From contig CM022679.1 of assembly GCA_012295275.1 (NCBI GenBank), forward strand, positions 11,966,001-12,030,000: a stretch of 64,000 nt of DNA, given 5' to 3'. Shown here one piece after another: positions 36,501 through 50,303 of this stretch (position 1 is the first letter of the stretch; every line of letters begins with the position of its first letter). The notes under the pieces were generated by a model. That model searched no databases. It saw only the letters and a list, made by a program, of their open reading frames with translations, and was not told where the DNA came from. The DNA is from Chrysomallon squamiferum (taxonomy: Eukaryota > Animalia > Mollusca). Both the position numbers and the translations under genes were made by a program.

Positions 36501-38328
36501 CCACCAAACATCCTTTGATCGTTGACAAGCAACTAATGACAAACGTGATATGGCTAATTGACTTGGACATTTCTTACACAGGGAACAATGCACACGTACA
36601 CCGGAGACGACAGGTCAGTGAAAAGCTCCACCTAGCTATTGTGACTGTGGCTATTACTTCGTGATGGAGACCAACCCACATCCCAAGACGAGGTCGCGCG
36701 AAACAAAGTGATCTGATAACAACCAAAGGGAGTTTCAAACCCGAAAGGGTCGACCGTCGCCAGCGCCATCACACTTTGGACATCAGAGTTATCTTTGCTT
36801 GGACCTCCTGGAGATTTGGTTGTTGTTTGCAACACCAGGGGACGTCCTTATCACTGCTGGTTATGGAAGAAGAACACTCACACGAAGGATATCCGAATTA
36901 AAATCAGATGATCTAGTGATTCTATCTGACACATCTTTTAAAATGGTGATAATACACTTGTCTGTGTTGTATCAAAACACCTGAAAGAGAAATACAGAAA
37001 CAGAGGCGTGTGAGAGAAGCAGACACGAAATAATCCATCAATCCATCCAAATATACGTATGACTACGTACTTAGTCCACATATATAAATCTGTATATTCA
37101 AAAGCTTTAAGAATGTACGTCTGCAAAAGATATATACGTATGTATGTCCAAATACAGATCTGTCAGAATAAAGATATACATACACATATCTACGTACGTA
37201 GTATATACATATATAGCCATATGTGCATACATAAACATTCATGCATACATACATATATATACATACATATATACATACACACAATATATATGTACAGATA
37301 AACACACACATTTATCTTTTACCCACTACCACCATAAATATTATTTTGGCGAGTTTTTCTTTATTGGTTATTCTATCCACAAGGCATTATATATCAATTA
37401 CAAGGTCCACACAGATGTTTATATATTTCAGGTCCATTCACTAACTTCAGAAATGTTTATTTCTGGTTCTCTTTCTAAGCAATATAACAACTACTACTGC
37501 CACTACTACTTTTATATTTACTATTGTACTACTACTATTGCTACTACTACTACTACAGCTACTACTACTATTAGTGTCGCTACCAGAACAGCCACTAATA
37601 TCTTTAATTATTCATCTGTTCTACAAAAACATATAATGGAATGGAGTAAAATAAAAATAAAAAACTAATAAAAAAAAACTATATAACAACAACAACAACA
37701 ACAATAAATTTAATGTTATTATATATTTTTTTTAAATTAAAAATTAAAATAAATAACAGAAATAAAAATGTTGCTAAATAGATAATTTTTCCACAAACTT
37801 AGTATTTTTTCTGTGAAAACCAAAACTGCCGATAAACTGTCCTTTACATAAATAAAAATCCAATAATGTATTTAAATACATAGTTTAATATTTAAGAAGA
37901 TATATTTATTCAATAATTTTAAAACATATAGTTGGCAATGGTTATCAAAAAAATAAACACCATCCCATTAAAACATCTCATATAGTTTCAAAATGTTGTG
38001 AGCATATATTTAATTATATAATAAATGTCAGTACATGAAATATTAATATTCATGTTCTTGCAAAAAGGGAGAGAAAGATAACAGATAAAAATGAAGGTAT
38101 TTAATCTGACAAAGCTATGGAAATGGACATAGCTCTTAATATTCACGATGAAGGAGAATTACAAAGAAGCTTACGAGAACTTACGTGAATTCTGATTTAA
38201 TATTCAAGAATAAGGATGAAAACTACTCTGATGATAAAATGCTATTTTTTAATTAAAAATTACATGACATTTGATGCTTTTTGATAAATCTTATACTGTT
38301 ATAGAACTTTGAATTTTACTTCGATTAA

Positions 38329-38384
<56 letters not shown>

Positions 38385-38406
38385 TAATAATAATAATAAC
38401 AACAAC

Positions 38407-38451
<45 letters not shown>

Positions 38452-38492
38452 AAAAAAAAAAAAAAAAAATAAAAAAATAAAAATAATAAAAT
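38329..38492. repeat. (AAT)n + poly(A) low-complexity block
   Basis: AAT run followed by a long A tract. Confidence 0.9.
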
Positions 38493-39127
38493 ATTGACAA
38501 ACCCGACAGGAGAGGGCTAATAAATCAAATAAATGATATGTCAGAAACAACATAAATATGCACACATCCTCATAACATAATGTCATGTTTATCACCTCAG
38601 ATATCAGAAATGACTGGGAGGTTTGTAACAGGCCATGAGTTGTGATAAAAATGTCACAGTTGACGAACCGAATGCCCTCCAGTGACAAGGCTAGTAAACA
38701 TCAGCATGCTTCGGGTGACAACGCTACGTACTTGGACTGAAAGTAACGCTCGTTTAGATTGCTGCTATGATTATTTTAGCAGGAAAGAACCTCCCATACC
38801 TCTCCCGACAACCATTATTTACAAGTGGCTTTGGGGCACTGTAAACGTCATTACCATGTCAGCTTCATGTTCTTTTGACCAAACTGACTTCCTCAGTGAA
38901 GCCGCTTCGTGCTGAAGAAAGAAAGAGCTTTCACTGGGTGTTAATGGGAGTTATCGTTTTTATAACGGAGGTTTAAAGCTTGGCCATAAAATATTAGCAG
39001 TTGTCTGAGAAATTATGAAATCGAGTAGGCATGTTAGATTTTTATGAGCCTGTTGTCAAAGCTACGGAAACTGATAAAATACATCGAGCTGATAAAGAGT
39101 TCTTTTTATTTTTTTTTTATTTTATTA

Positions 39128-39188
<61 letters not shown>

Positions 39189-39435
39189 TTTTTTTTAAAT
39201 AGTTATGGCAGAAGAAAAGACTCTGAAATTATCATAAAATGAAGAAATGAATACATATAATTTGAAACCAAGAGAAATACATGATTTTCTGAAGTAAACA
39301 TAAACAAAAGAAATACAAATAATAATTTAAAAAACATAAATAAAAAAGAAAGAAAAAATAACAACAAAAAGGTAGCTCTAATTTCTCTAGAAAGCCAGAG
39401 AAATTTTTTTTTCCACTTTTCACAAAAAATAAAAA

Positions 39436-39511
39436 ATAATAAACATAATAATAAACATAATAATAAACATAATAATAAACATAATAATAAACATAATAAT
39501 AATAATAATAA
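39436..39511. repeat. 12-bp tandem repeat (AAACATAATAAT) x~5
   Basis: Direct copies visible, then decay into (AAT)n. Confidence 0.85.
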
Positions 39512-40534
39512 TCAACAACAACAACAACAAAAAAGTCAACAACAACAACAAACAAAAAAATAATCAAGAAACATATCATTTCTGGTACATAATTTTATAT
39601 TTGTAATTGTGTGCACATGTAAATATATATAAATATGCATTCACACAGAATGTTTTAGTCATTTTATTAGTCTTTCAATTACATTTTATATATATGATAA
39701 CCTAGGTACTTCATTAATAAGAAACAGTAATTCCATACAGTCCTTATGATACTGGTGTTTTCCATCTTAATTTAAAATTCTAAAAGATCCTAACAACTTG
39801 GTACCCATTTTTTCCATACAGTCCGTTCTCTAATAGTCTGTCTAACTAGGTTCATCTGCACAAACAAAATGGTTGTCGTTGGGTGTTTCATCAGTGCCAC
39901 TTTCTGACTCTCCATGTTTGAAAGTAAGTAATTTCATGTCACATGATTCATGTCAGGTGACAACATCAAAGATGGCGATTTGTTCGTCTGTCTGCTGCTG
40001 TGTAGTGTGCAGTGGCAGGTTGTCTGTTCTTGTGGACAAGACAAATAACCTGTGGTCATTCATGTATCAGTGACACACCAGGAAAGGACGCCATAAGTCT
40101 AAAGTTATTTACAGGTGAATGTTTACAAATTAAAACGACGTTCAGAGTTCACGTTGCCATATATATATATATAATGTATATAAAAAATTCTTCAAATAAT
40201 AATGATTTTATTCTGTATTATGAATGATTACATGAATAGAATATATTTATGCTGTTTCTGAATAATACTGAATTAATGGTCGAAACAGTTATATACATTT
40301 TTGGTTTCAGTGATTACAACAATAATAAAAATATTGATAATTTTATATGAATAAATATATTATTACTGCTGTTGCTTCAGCTGCTTCTTCTATCAGTAAT
40401 AATAATAATAATAAAAATAATAATAATAAATTGTTGAATTTGCTATAAATTTTCTGACAAATAAAACTAATAGTAAACGAATTATCTTTTTACCTAAAAC
40501 CGCCCATATAATTAGATAAAAATATAACTGCAAA

Positions 40535-40569
<35 letters not shown>

Positions 40570-42123
40570 TGTTCACCACATTTTTAATTATACTGAACCA
40601 TTTAAATAATTTGAGGTTATGGATTATTTTTATTCTACACCGAAGTGAAATTCCAGAGACAGGCTCAATAGCATTCGCACAATGGTAATCTCAGAACACA
40701 TCCTAACCCTCACCCAAGCACACAAATCATTCCTCCTCCATATTCTAAGTCTATTTTATTATAAATCTTAAATGTTGTCTTTTCTGTGTTAGTAGACCTA
40801 ACACACCAGTAATTTGTAAAATAGCAGTCTAATGCTCTTTTTACACTTTGATGGATTTTTCATCTGAACATTAGTTTTGATGATTAAGATAATATATTAC
40901 ATAAAACAAATAACTTTTTTTAAAGATAAGCATCATTAGTAATTCTATAATGCACTCTCATTTTGGAATTGTTATTAAAAGTCATCGCGTATGCCAACAC
41001 CTTAATGGAAGAAGTCATTTATTTCAGATTCTTTAACGTTAGTTGGTTACTGAAACAAATGGTTATGACAATCTGTCTCGAAAAACAATATTTTTCACAC
41101 CGAAAGCTTTCAACATGTGCAAAAGTGAATTTAATGAACCTCGGGGAAAACATTCTAGCTGTCTAGGTTCGGTATGATTTACGCTGGCCACGATGTTTTA
41201 CGACGACAGATGATGGGGTATGCGAAATGGCAACCATGCCGTATATTACTTGTAAAATAATTGCTGAAACATTACTTTATCACCGTAGTGAACAAACATC
41301 CTCGTTTGTAGACGATAAATCTCAATATATCACAAACTGATGGCCTCTTAGAGAGTGATGCATTTCGTCAGAGAGAACATTCCGTCTCTTCATTAAGGGA
41401 TTCTCACTGTTAAATGGCTGATGCGATGACAGAAGCCATATTTAAAGTAGCGAGATGTTGAGAGATCTTGCGTTTACGAGACTAGGCGCAATAATTCTTG
41501 TCTAGCAGAACATATAGATCATCTTTAATGGCGAGGGTACTGTTTAAAAGCTAATTTCTGCGTTGTTCGAGGCAGGGATTTGGTTACTTTGAAACTCGTA
41601 AATACCACTGAACACAACATTTTAAGGTACACTCTGATTCAACCTCGTTCCATTTTGCTTAATGTTTTGCAAGAACGTGATTTTATTTATTTTTTTATTC
41701 GTAACAGACAAAGTTGTAATTTTTTTGTTTTGTTTTTCAAGAGGAACTGATTAAATTTAAAAATAAGAATTGCCTCAAACATTTACTTGAACAGTATTTT
41801 TTTTACTGAAATATAAATTAATTTTTTCATGGGGATAAGTCTGTTGGAATTTAAATTACCGAGGTAAATGTATGTATCATGTGTATGTTTTACGCACAAA
41901 TCTGTGTTTTAGATTTGCGCTTACATATTGTGTGTGTGTGTCTGTCAGTCTCTTTAAATCTGCAAATTGCAATTTTCATTTCATGAATTAATGAAATATT
42001 AGAGATCATTTTAAAGCCTGTGTAATATAAAACGATACAAAAAAGTAAAATCCCACCATCATATCAAAGTAATCACACAAAAAAAATTAATAATAAAAAA
42101 ATAAAAATACAAAAATGATAATA

Positions 42124-42189
<66 letters not shown>

Positions 42190-42201
42190 TATAATAATAA
42201 T
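42124..42201. repeat. (AAT)n microsatellite
   Basis: Near-pure AAT run. Confidence 0.95.
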
Positions 42202-43950
42202 AAATAAATCTAAGAAAGAAAGTTTTCAACAATAAGAAACTATGGCAATATTATACTACGAAAGTCTAAGCGAGTTCCTCTTAAAAAAACAAAACAAATG
42301 ATAATAAAAAACAAAACAAAACAACAACAGCCTGTCATCAAGGAGACTAAATTCTAAATCAAGTTTATTTATTAGTGTTATTCTAACGTCAGAAAAATAG
42401 GTCAGTGAAAAAAGTATATTTTATAAATGACTTGACTCGGAGTTAAAAAAGCTATTCACTTAAACAACAGGAAAGTAATCAAATCTATTTTAGTGATTTA
42501 AACAAACACAATACTCTGACATAAAACTCACTTACTGTTTTCTAGTTTGCAGTTTAAAAATAAAAAAAAAAAAAAAGATTTTAAAAAAAATAACATAAAA
42601 AACAATAAACAATAAACAATGTAAACGGTCAAATTAACTTTTTGTGATTTCAGTGTTTAAATTAAAAGGATACTGTTTCTGTATGTTCCAGTTCTATCTT
42701 TGAAATAAAAACTGTAATACAATAAATCAGTAAATAATAAGATAAAAAATATTCTAACCTTTTCATTAAAACAATTTTTAGAATATGTACGAAAATGTAC
42801 GAATTCTAGCGAGACAAAACGAATTTTCTAATTATATAGTTATTATTTGAAGAGGCCTTCACAAACAGTGATGAAATATACCGTAGGAATACTTGAATCG
42901 AAATACTGTTTAATAATAAAATACATCATTATGTTAAAATAACGATTAGTCTAATCATAATAATACATTCTATTTATAACCAAAAATCAAAATATTCAAC
43001 CAATCAAAATTTAACACATAGGAGTTGTGTCCCTTTAATGTCTCTGCTGTTTCAATGACAGTTTATTGTTGTTCGTTAAACACCAGTTCCTGCGCGACAG
43101 AAAATAAAAGTACAAGAATGGTCCCGATTTTGCAGATACCCACAGACCGTGTAGGCCAAATTGAATGCAAATGTCGCACCCTTTACCCTCCTTGTTTTAA
43201 AATAATAACAGAAAAATAAATCCATTGTAAGCTTTGCCGACAGCGTACCAACGAGACGAGATCGATTAAACGCGATGTCTGTCAAAATGTTATTTGTCTT
43301 GTAACAAATAAACCCATAAATACTGCCAGTGTTGTAATACCTTAATGGGTGATTAGAGGTGGTTAAGTCGCTTTTTGCACCAACTCTGAAATCACTTATA
43401 CCTGTAGGTAAGTAATTAATCTTTATTTGGCATTAAAAATCCGCGGAAGTAATCCATTACGGAATGACAACACTCACCGGTCACTTTTGCCACTAATGGG
43501 AGTTGATATATGGGCACCGATAGCTATCGCAACAGTGAGTTTTCTTAGCTGGTAAAATACAGAGAAGGAAGGCTTATAGTAAATTATATGATGTAGGTTG
43601 TAATTAAGGGGCCAGTAAATGGAAAACAAAACAAAACAAATAAAAACAGTATTAAATAAATAAATATCGGGAAAAAAGAAGAAAAACACTACAATTAATA
43701 ACAGACACACAGAAAAAAATACATATAATTCCAGAATATAAAAATCCATTATACTGAGAGAAACTAATTTTATTTGACAGAACTTCTTGCTTGTGATGTC
43801 TTTAAATCTATAAGTCTGTGGGTCTCTCTGTTCACACGCCCTTTCATTTCTTTCAAAACGTACGTTGCAAAATGTTTATGAGATGTTTTTTTAATTGTAT
43901 TTTATTTGTGTTATTAACACAGAGAGAACGATATAACTTATTACTGCTTG

Positions 43951-43992
<42 letters not shown>

Positions 43993-46900
43993 AAGTTCCT
44001 TGAATCATGTGCTGATTGTCGAATGGTATTAATTTTAATAACGTCAGTTTTTTTTTTCGTCGTCAAGTGACCCTTACCATGCAGTCATTAGCATGCATTG
44101 CGTTTTGACTTTTACACATATACAATTTCATCGTTTGTTTCAAGTCAGTTGTTACCTCCACGAACGAAAGAGCGAAAAAAGGAACATAAGCCTTAAAATG
44201 TCATCGAGAAAAATATACATTCGACGTGAAAGAAAAGCTGACACAACTGTTTAAATAAATTAAGTGATTTATAAGGTCGTAAAGTTTTTTTTTTTGATCC
44301 AACAGCTCATTCCCATATCGCTGAATTTATTTTCACTGTCGTTTGCATTTTAAGATTTACACTAACGTCTTCTGACAAGAAGCATATATTTTAGATTTTT
44401 TTTTTCTTTGGCGCTTGCACGTGATAACACCACCCTCATAAAATAGGAAAGAAATGTCCGGTGAACAGGGAATCTGTCACCCATTAAACATGATGCCTTC
44501 GCTTCAAAGCGATAGTGACGTGCACCTGGGGAAGACAACTCGCGGCTGAGATCCATCACTTCTGACACTCCTAGGCCTGTTGCGCGTTCATATTACTGAT
44601 TCTATCGCTCACCTGGAAAAAAGGAAGCATTCTTAGTGTGGCAGACAGTGTAACAAACGTGGTAGTTGCTGAATGCTGTCTTTGATATATTTAGCATGAT
44701 AGCAGGATCTGCCAACACTTTCTACAGATGTTCTTCTAAAGAATTTTATATCATGATTTCTTTTTCATTTTTTTTTTTTTAATCTTTGGTTTGTTTCCGA
44801 ATATAAAACTAAAAGCAGTGGTTGGATATATTACATCTCTCCTTAATAATTCATTCTTTTCAAACTATAATATGTGCGTCAGAATCATGTGCGTACTTTC
44901 ATACATAGAAAAGTACATACCTACATAACAAACACACACACACAAACACACACACACACACATACAGAGTTACACAGATATATGTATAAATACATACATA
45001 CTGGTATCACACACTGTTTTATCACATTACAGAAGATATTATAAAAATACCAGTATATACGTAAACAGAAAGGTGCGTGTCATACATACTTAATAGTATG
45101 AGTTTTATGTATTACTTGCCTGTCTGTTGTATTCAATTCAACAGTGAAGAAAAAAAGAAAAAGAAGAAGAAAAAAGATTTAAAAAAAAAAAAAAGAAATT
45201 TCGTTTTCTTTTGTTCAGATATTTTGCGTCGTTTCGACAGACTCCAGCCATGAAAGTCCGATTAAAATGACATTAAAATACTGTCGAACAAAATAATATT
45301 AAACGATTCACGAAAATTCTTAATATAAAAGATCATATATAAATATAATTATTTGTCAGAAGACAGTACGACACCGATATAATTATATGAATTTTGCATT
45401 GCTACTGCGATCTATTTTTGCATCATGCCATTACATAATAACTGAGCATTATTAATTAATGCATCATATTTTTACTTTATAGTAAATAAATCTTTGACAG
45501 TATTAAGCAATAACATAAAATTAATATTATGTATATGCTTAACAACCGTGTATGGCTTAACTATTTATATTAGCAATATTTGATCCGTTAATCACATTAC
45601 TGAAACGATGGTCCATTTGTTGAATAAGACCAGGTTAATTGTGTGATCAGATGCATTATAGCGTGGAACTAATCCATATTATCGACATCTTTAGTGTTCA
45701 GTTAGAAAAGGCTAAATAACAGATTTATTTTCACTAAACATTTACTTTTATACTGTTTTTGAAAGGTATTGTTTGAGCATATATATATTTAAAGATAAGA
45801 AAATAAATGATTTATTTATTTCAGATTAAAACTCATTCGAATTGCCGAACAAACTCCTATAAATAAATGTAATGTATTTTAAGCAAACTATACGAGTTCG
45901 CAGACGAGAGCTGATAGCTTACTTTGTAACTGTCGGTTTTCTACTCTAAACTTAAAAAGATAATTCCGAACGAGAATGATCTATGGCTCCCACGTGTAGC
46001 GTCTCAGACAACTCGTTAGTCGCGGAATGAGTTGGAATTCCGGAAACAAATTGTAGTTTCCCCGTACATTCACTCCTACATAATATGAGAACCAATCATT
46101 TCGTATACCTCGCTTGTTGATAAAATCTTTCGATTGAATGTCGACCGTTGGACATAAAGAAAGCAATTCGCTGTCTAGAAAATAAAATGTCCACGGCTTC
46201 TGCTGATGGAGGTCTGATTAAAGTGCCTCGGTGACAAATGTAAATGTTCGGAAAGCTGTCCTCTCACAATGGTCGAGATAAATAGTGCAGATGAAATGGC
46301 CCTCCTAAACTGAGCTAACATCGATGAGGCAGCGGCGACATGACACCGAGTAATAGATTCCTGCCAATAACACGGTAACGTACGAGACGTCTGCGTCACC
46401 CCGACGTCCTCGGCGGAGGTCGACGTTGTGATGGATGGTCATTTAGGCGGTCATAGATCATCATGGCAAAGTTGATGGCTGTGAGGATATAGGATTCTCT
46501 TTGTTTGAGAATGACATAGGATGTTTGTTGTACCCAAAGCATGGACTGATTACACGAGGGTTGGGAAATTAAAGTAAAGTTAAATTAACATAACATAAAA
46601 ATTGAATAAAAATACATTTACTTTAAAAGAATAAAACAAAAAACCAAACAAATGGAAGAAACTAGATGAATAAGTAAAAACGAATACGTAGACAAGACAT
46701 TCAACGTCATTAACTGTTTCATGATCAAAATATATCTATGTTACAGAAGTGCTATCCACTGCCATTTTAGTGTAATCGGTGGTTTCCATTATGATAGATG
46801 AACCATCGATAGGTAATTTTTTTTCCTTTTAAAACATTTAATTTGTTACATATTCTTAAATATAATGTTTTGTGTTCCTTTCTGTAGAACATAATAATTA

Positions 46901-48999
46901 TAGCCTGTAACAATTACCGAAAACAAAGAGATATTCATGTTAGTGGCTGACTGAGTTTCATGTCATAGATAAAACTGGCTCTTGGTAAGATCTAAAAATA
47001 AAACAAAACAAAAAAAAATCTCACCATTACGTGCAACAATTACCGTGTGTTTCCTCATCATTTGGCATGTCTGTTGCATCATTTATATATACTTTAATTC
47101 TGACAGTCTGGAAATCATTAGAAGAAACAACGACGTCGACATAAATACGTAGAAATAAAATTTGGATTTTAAATTATTTTTATTGTAGTACCTAATGATT
47201 TTATTCTGCATTTAACATCTGTTATACAGTTAAGAATGAAACTTTTTTTGAAGACATCGCAAAACTGCACAAATTAATTAAACAACAGAAATAAATTGTT
47301 GGAAAACATTCTTTGTGTGATTCCAAGAATATTCCATTAAGGCCAATTCTTAAATAAGCAAAACAAAGGAAAGAATTAACGAACGAACAAAGAAATATAG
47401 CAAATAAGTAAGTTAGTAAAAATAAGTAAATAAGTAAGTAAATAAATAAATAAATAAATAAATAAATACTTTTTGCAATATATGTGTATTAGTTTGTATG
47501 TATATAACTTTAATAATAATATAATAATATCTTCAACAACAGCAGCAATAACAACAACAACAACAACAACAGTAATAATAAGTAGAAGAAGAAGAAGACA
47601 AAGAAGACTGAAATCATGTAATTACCAAACTTCACACGTACACACGCACACACACTAACACACAATGTAGATATAAACACTATTTCTCCTTTTTCAACTC
47701 ATTAAATCGCAGTAAAAATCACTAAATCAATATAGCTGTAGACACTAGATGACAAAATGACTGTTAAAAGAAAAAGGAAAAAAATACAAATCCTTGAACT
47801 TGCACAACACACATGCGATGACTAAATTATATTTAGTTAAGTTTATCTGTATGAAATTATGAAGAATTAATATGCAATTAAAATAATAATCGAACTTTTA
47901 GTACTCGAATCGCTGAACATATTTTTTGTTCTAACGTAACTGATATATTTATTATACAACTTCAAAAGGTTTCAACAGAAACGAAATAAGGTTCATGAAA
48001 TAGTGATATCGTTATAGACAGTTGAATCAATATTTACGGACTGGTATGTTTGAAAAACAATGCGTGAACAGTTTAGTAATAAAAAGAAGACAGTCACTAA
48101 ACCCGAAATAAAAAAAAATAAAAAAAATAAAAATTAAAATAGGCTGTTGGTGAATTTCAGACGTAAGATTTATGTGAAAATGTTTTGCAAGGATAAAATA
48201 CATTAAAGACACTTTGGCTATTTCTATTGTATTTATGGCTCGGAAAACATCAACATCAACATAACTTATGTCACTGTCTGTAATGTCAGTAACATAAATT
48301 GTAATAATACTTCTTTCTCGGATCTGACACTTCCTTCGCGCTTTGATAAACATCCATTTGTTCAACGTTATTTCTTTTTTCACATAAATCTATATAACTA
48401 TCATGCTAGCCCAAAATCGACTGCTTCCGGGTGATTTATTCGAGCATAAGCGTAATAAATCATCGTGCTTGGTCGTTGTCGCACGGCAGCCAATAGAAGC
48501 GAGTCACATGACTGTCAACGGGTTCTTGACTTACGGCGGGCAGTAGACAACAAAATACAACAGAATACGATTTATTGTCGGCAAGGTTAATAAAGAGATA
48601 TCTGATACGTAGGTGATTCAGAGGACCACTGGGGCCTAATGCGTCTTGATCCACATTAATGTATCAGTGTTTTGCGTGACATAACGAACTGATGTCAAAT
48701 TGAACTAAAACAAATCCAGAGGGTTTTCTTTTCACAAGAGCTGAAACTGCCAGTAGAGAGTCTTGACTCAAGTATGATATACATGATTTTAATAAAAATG
48801 GGTTAGATCGTAAAATAACATTTCGTTGCAGAATGAATAACTTTTGAATACACTGAAGAGAACTCTGTGACTCAGATCTTTGATATATTAATACAAAACA
48901 GTCATATAACGTCCTGGGAATAAAAATTCGACAAGTTAATGTAGCTTCACGAATGAAAGTTCCGCATATTTCAGTATCAAGAATTTAATCAAAATTAAT

Positions 49000-49915
49000 A
49001 CTGCATATTCAAATGCAAATGTATTAGTATAACATATACATAATATTACGCACAGGAGGAAAATACAATATATGTTCGAAACTTCATGGTTATTCAGAAT
49101 AAGATTATAACATAGAAAACAAAATTAAAAAGAAGAAGATACAAAGGGAAAGAAACTACATATTCATGCAATGTATTCAGAATGAAAAGCCCATTTAAAG
49201 AAATAACATAGTCTGTAAAAATAAATCACCCAAAAGTATATAAACACGTTCATAATGGAAATCCCACACACTAGAAGAATACTCTAAAATAAAAACAAAA
49301 ACAACGAAAGGCCTACATAATAATAATTTATGATATTCAAAAGGTTCTCTATCTAAAGCAACACATATAGAATTTAAGTCCAGTAAACTGACATAACACA
49401 TTTTGAATGTAAGTTCCATATCTTGAAAAAACATAATAGAATTTAAAACGTACCACATGACATAATTTATTCTCAATTATAGAGCAACATAAAGTGCGTA
49501 GTAATGAAAAAGAAGACAAAACAACAACAACCCCCAAAATCCCAAACAGCAACAACCAAACAATAATAACAACAACAAAAAAAACCAGACACACACACAC
49601 AAAACACACACACGTACACACAAACAAAAAATAATAATAATTTGAAGAAAAAAAAGATAATAACGACAAAAACACAAACATAAGCTTATACATTCTGAAT
49701 ATTACCATAGTATTTTAAGAATGAAAATCCGACGTATTTATGTAATTTATTCTGAATATGATCTATGCATTTTAAAATGACATATGCAGAATGAAAGACT
49801 TACATATATAATATATATTCAGAATACAAGTTTTACTTAAGTAACACATATTCAAAATACAAATCTTATATAAATAACACTTATTCAGAATGAATGTTTT
49901 ATATGAACATCAGCA
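49000..49915. repeat. Old degenerate ~33-bp minisatellite (core TATTCAGAAT), interrupted by simple repeats
   Basis: Cores at 49748, 49783, 49816, 49849 and 49882 (33-35 bp spacing), with further copies near 49091 and 49174. Confidence 0.6.
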
Positions 49916-50194
49916 TCTTTCAGTCACTGACCTCAAACAGTTATTATAATTATTATTAAATATTAATACGTTTAATATTATTGTATTTCAGACAATAAAT
50001 ATTTAGTTTATTTGGAATTATTGTCAACGCAGTTCTTGATATATTTTCATGGATCCAGTGATAATCATACTCGTGATAACACACAATCTTTTCAGTAACA
50101 TTTATCTAGCAGTCTACAGAGCAAGGACAACAATATAAATGATATTTATTCAGTCTGAAAAGGAAATATAAATTAGAACGGAGTTTTTTTAACT

Positions 50195-50303
<109 letters not shown>

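Noticed and set aside
42000-42022. TAGAGATCATTTTAAAGCCTGTG resembles the bantam miRNA (seed GAGATCA)
   Set aside because: No complementary 5' arm upstream to form a pre-miRNA hairpin, and the 3' half deviates from bantam; likely chance.
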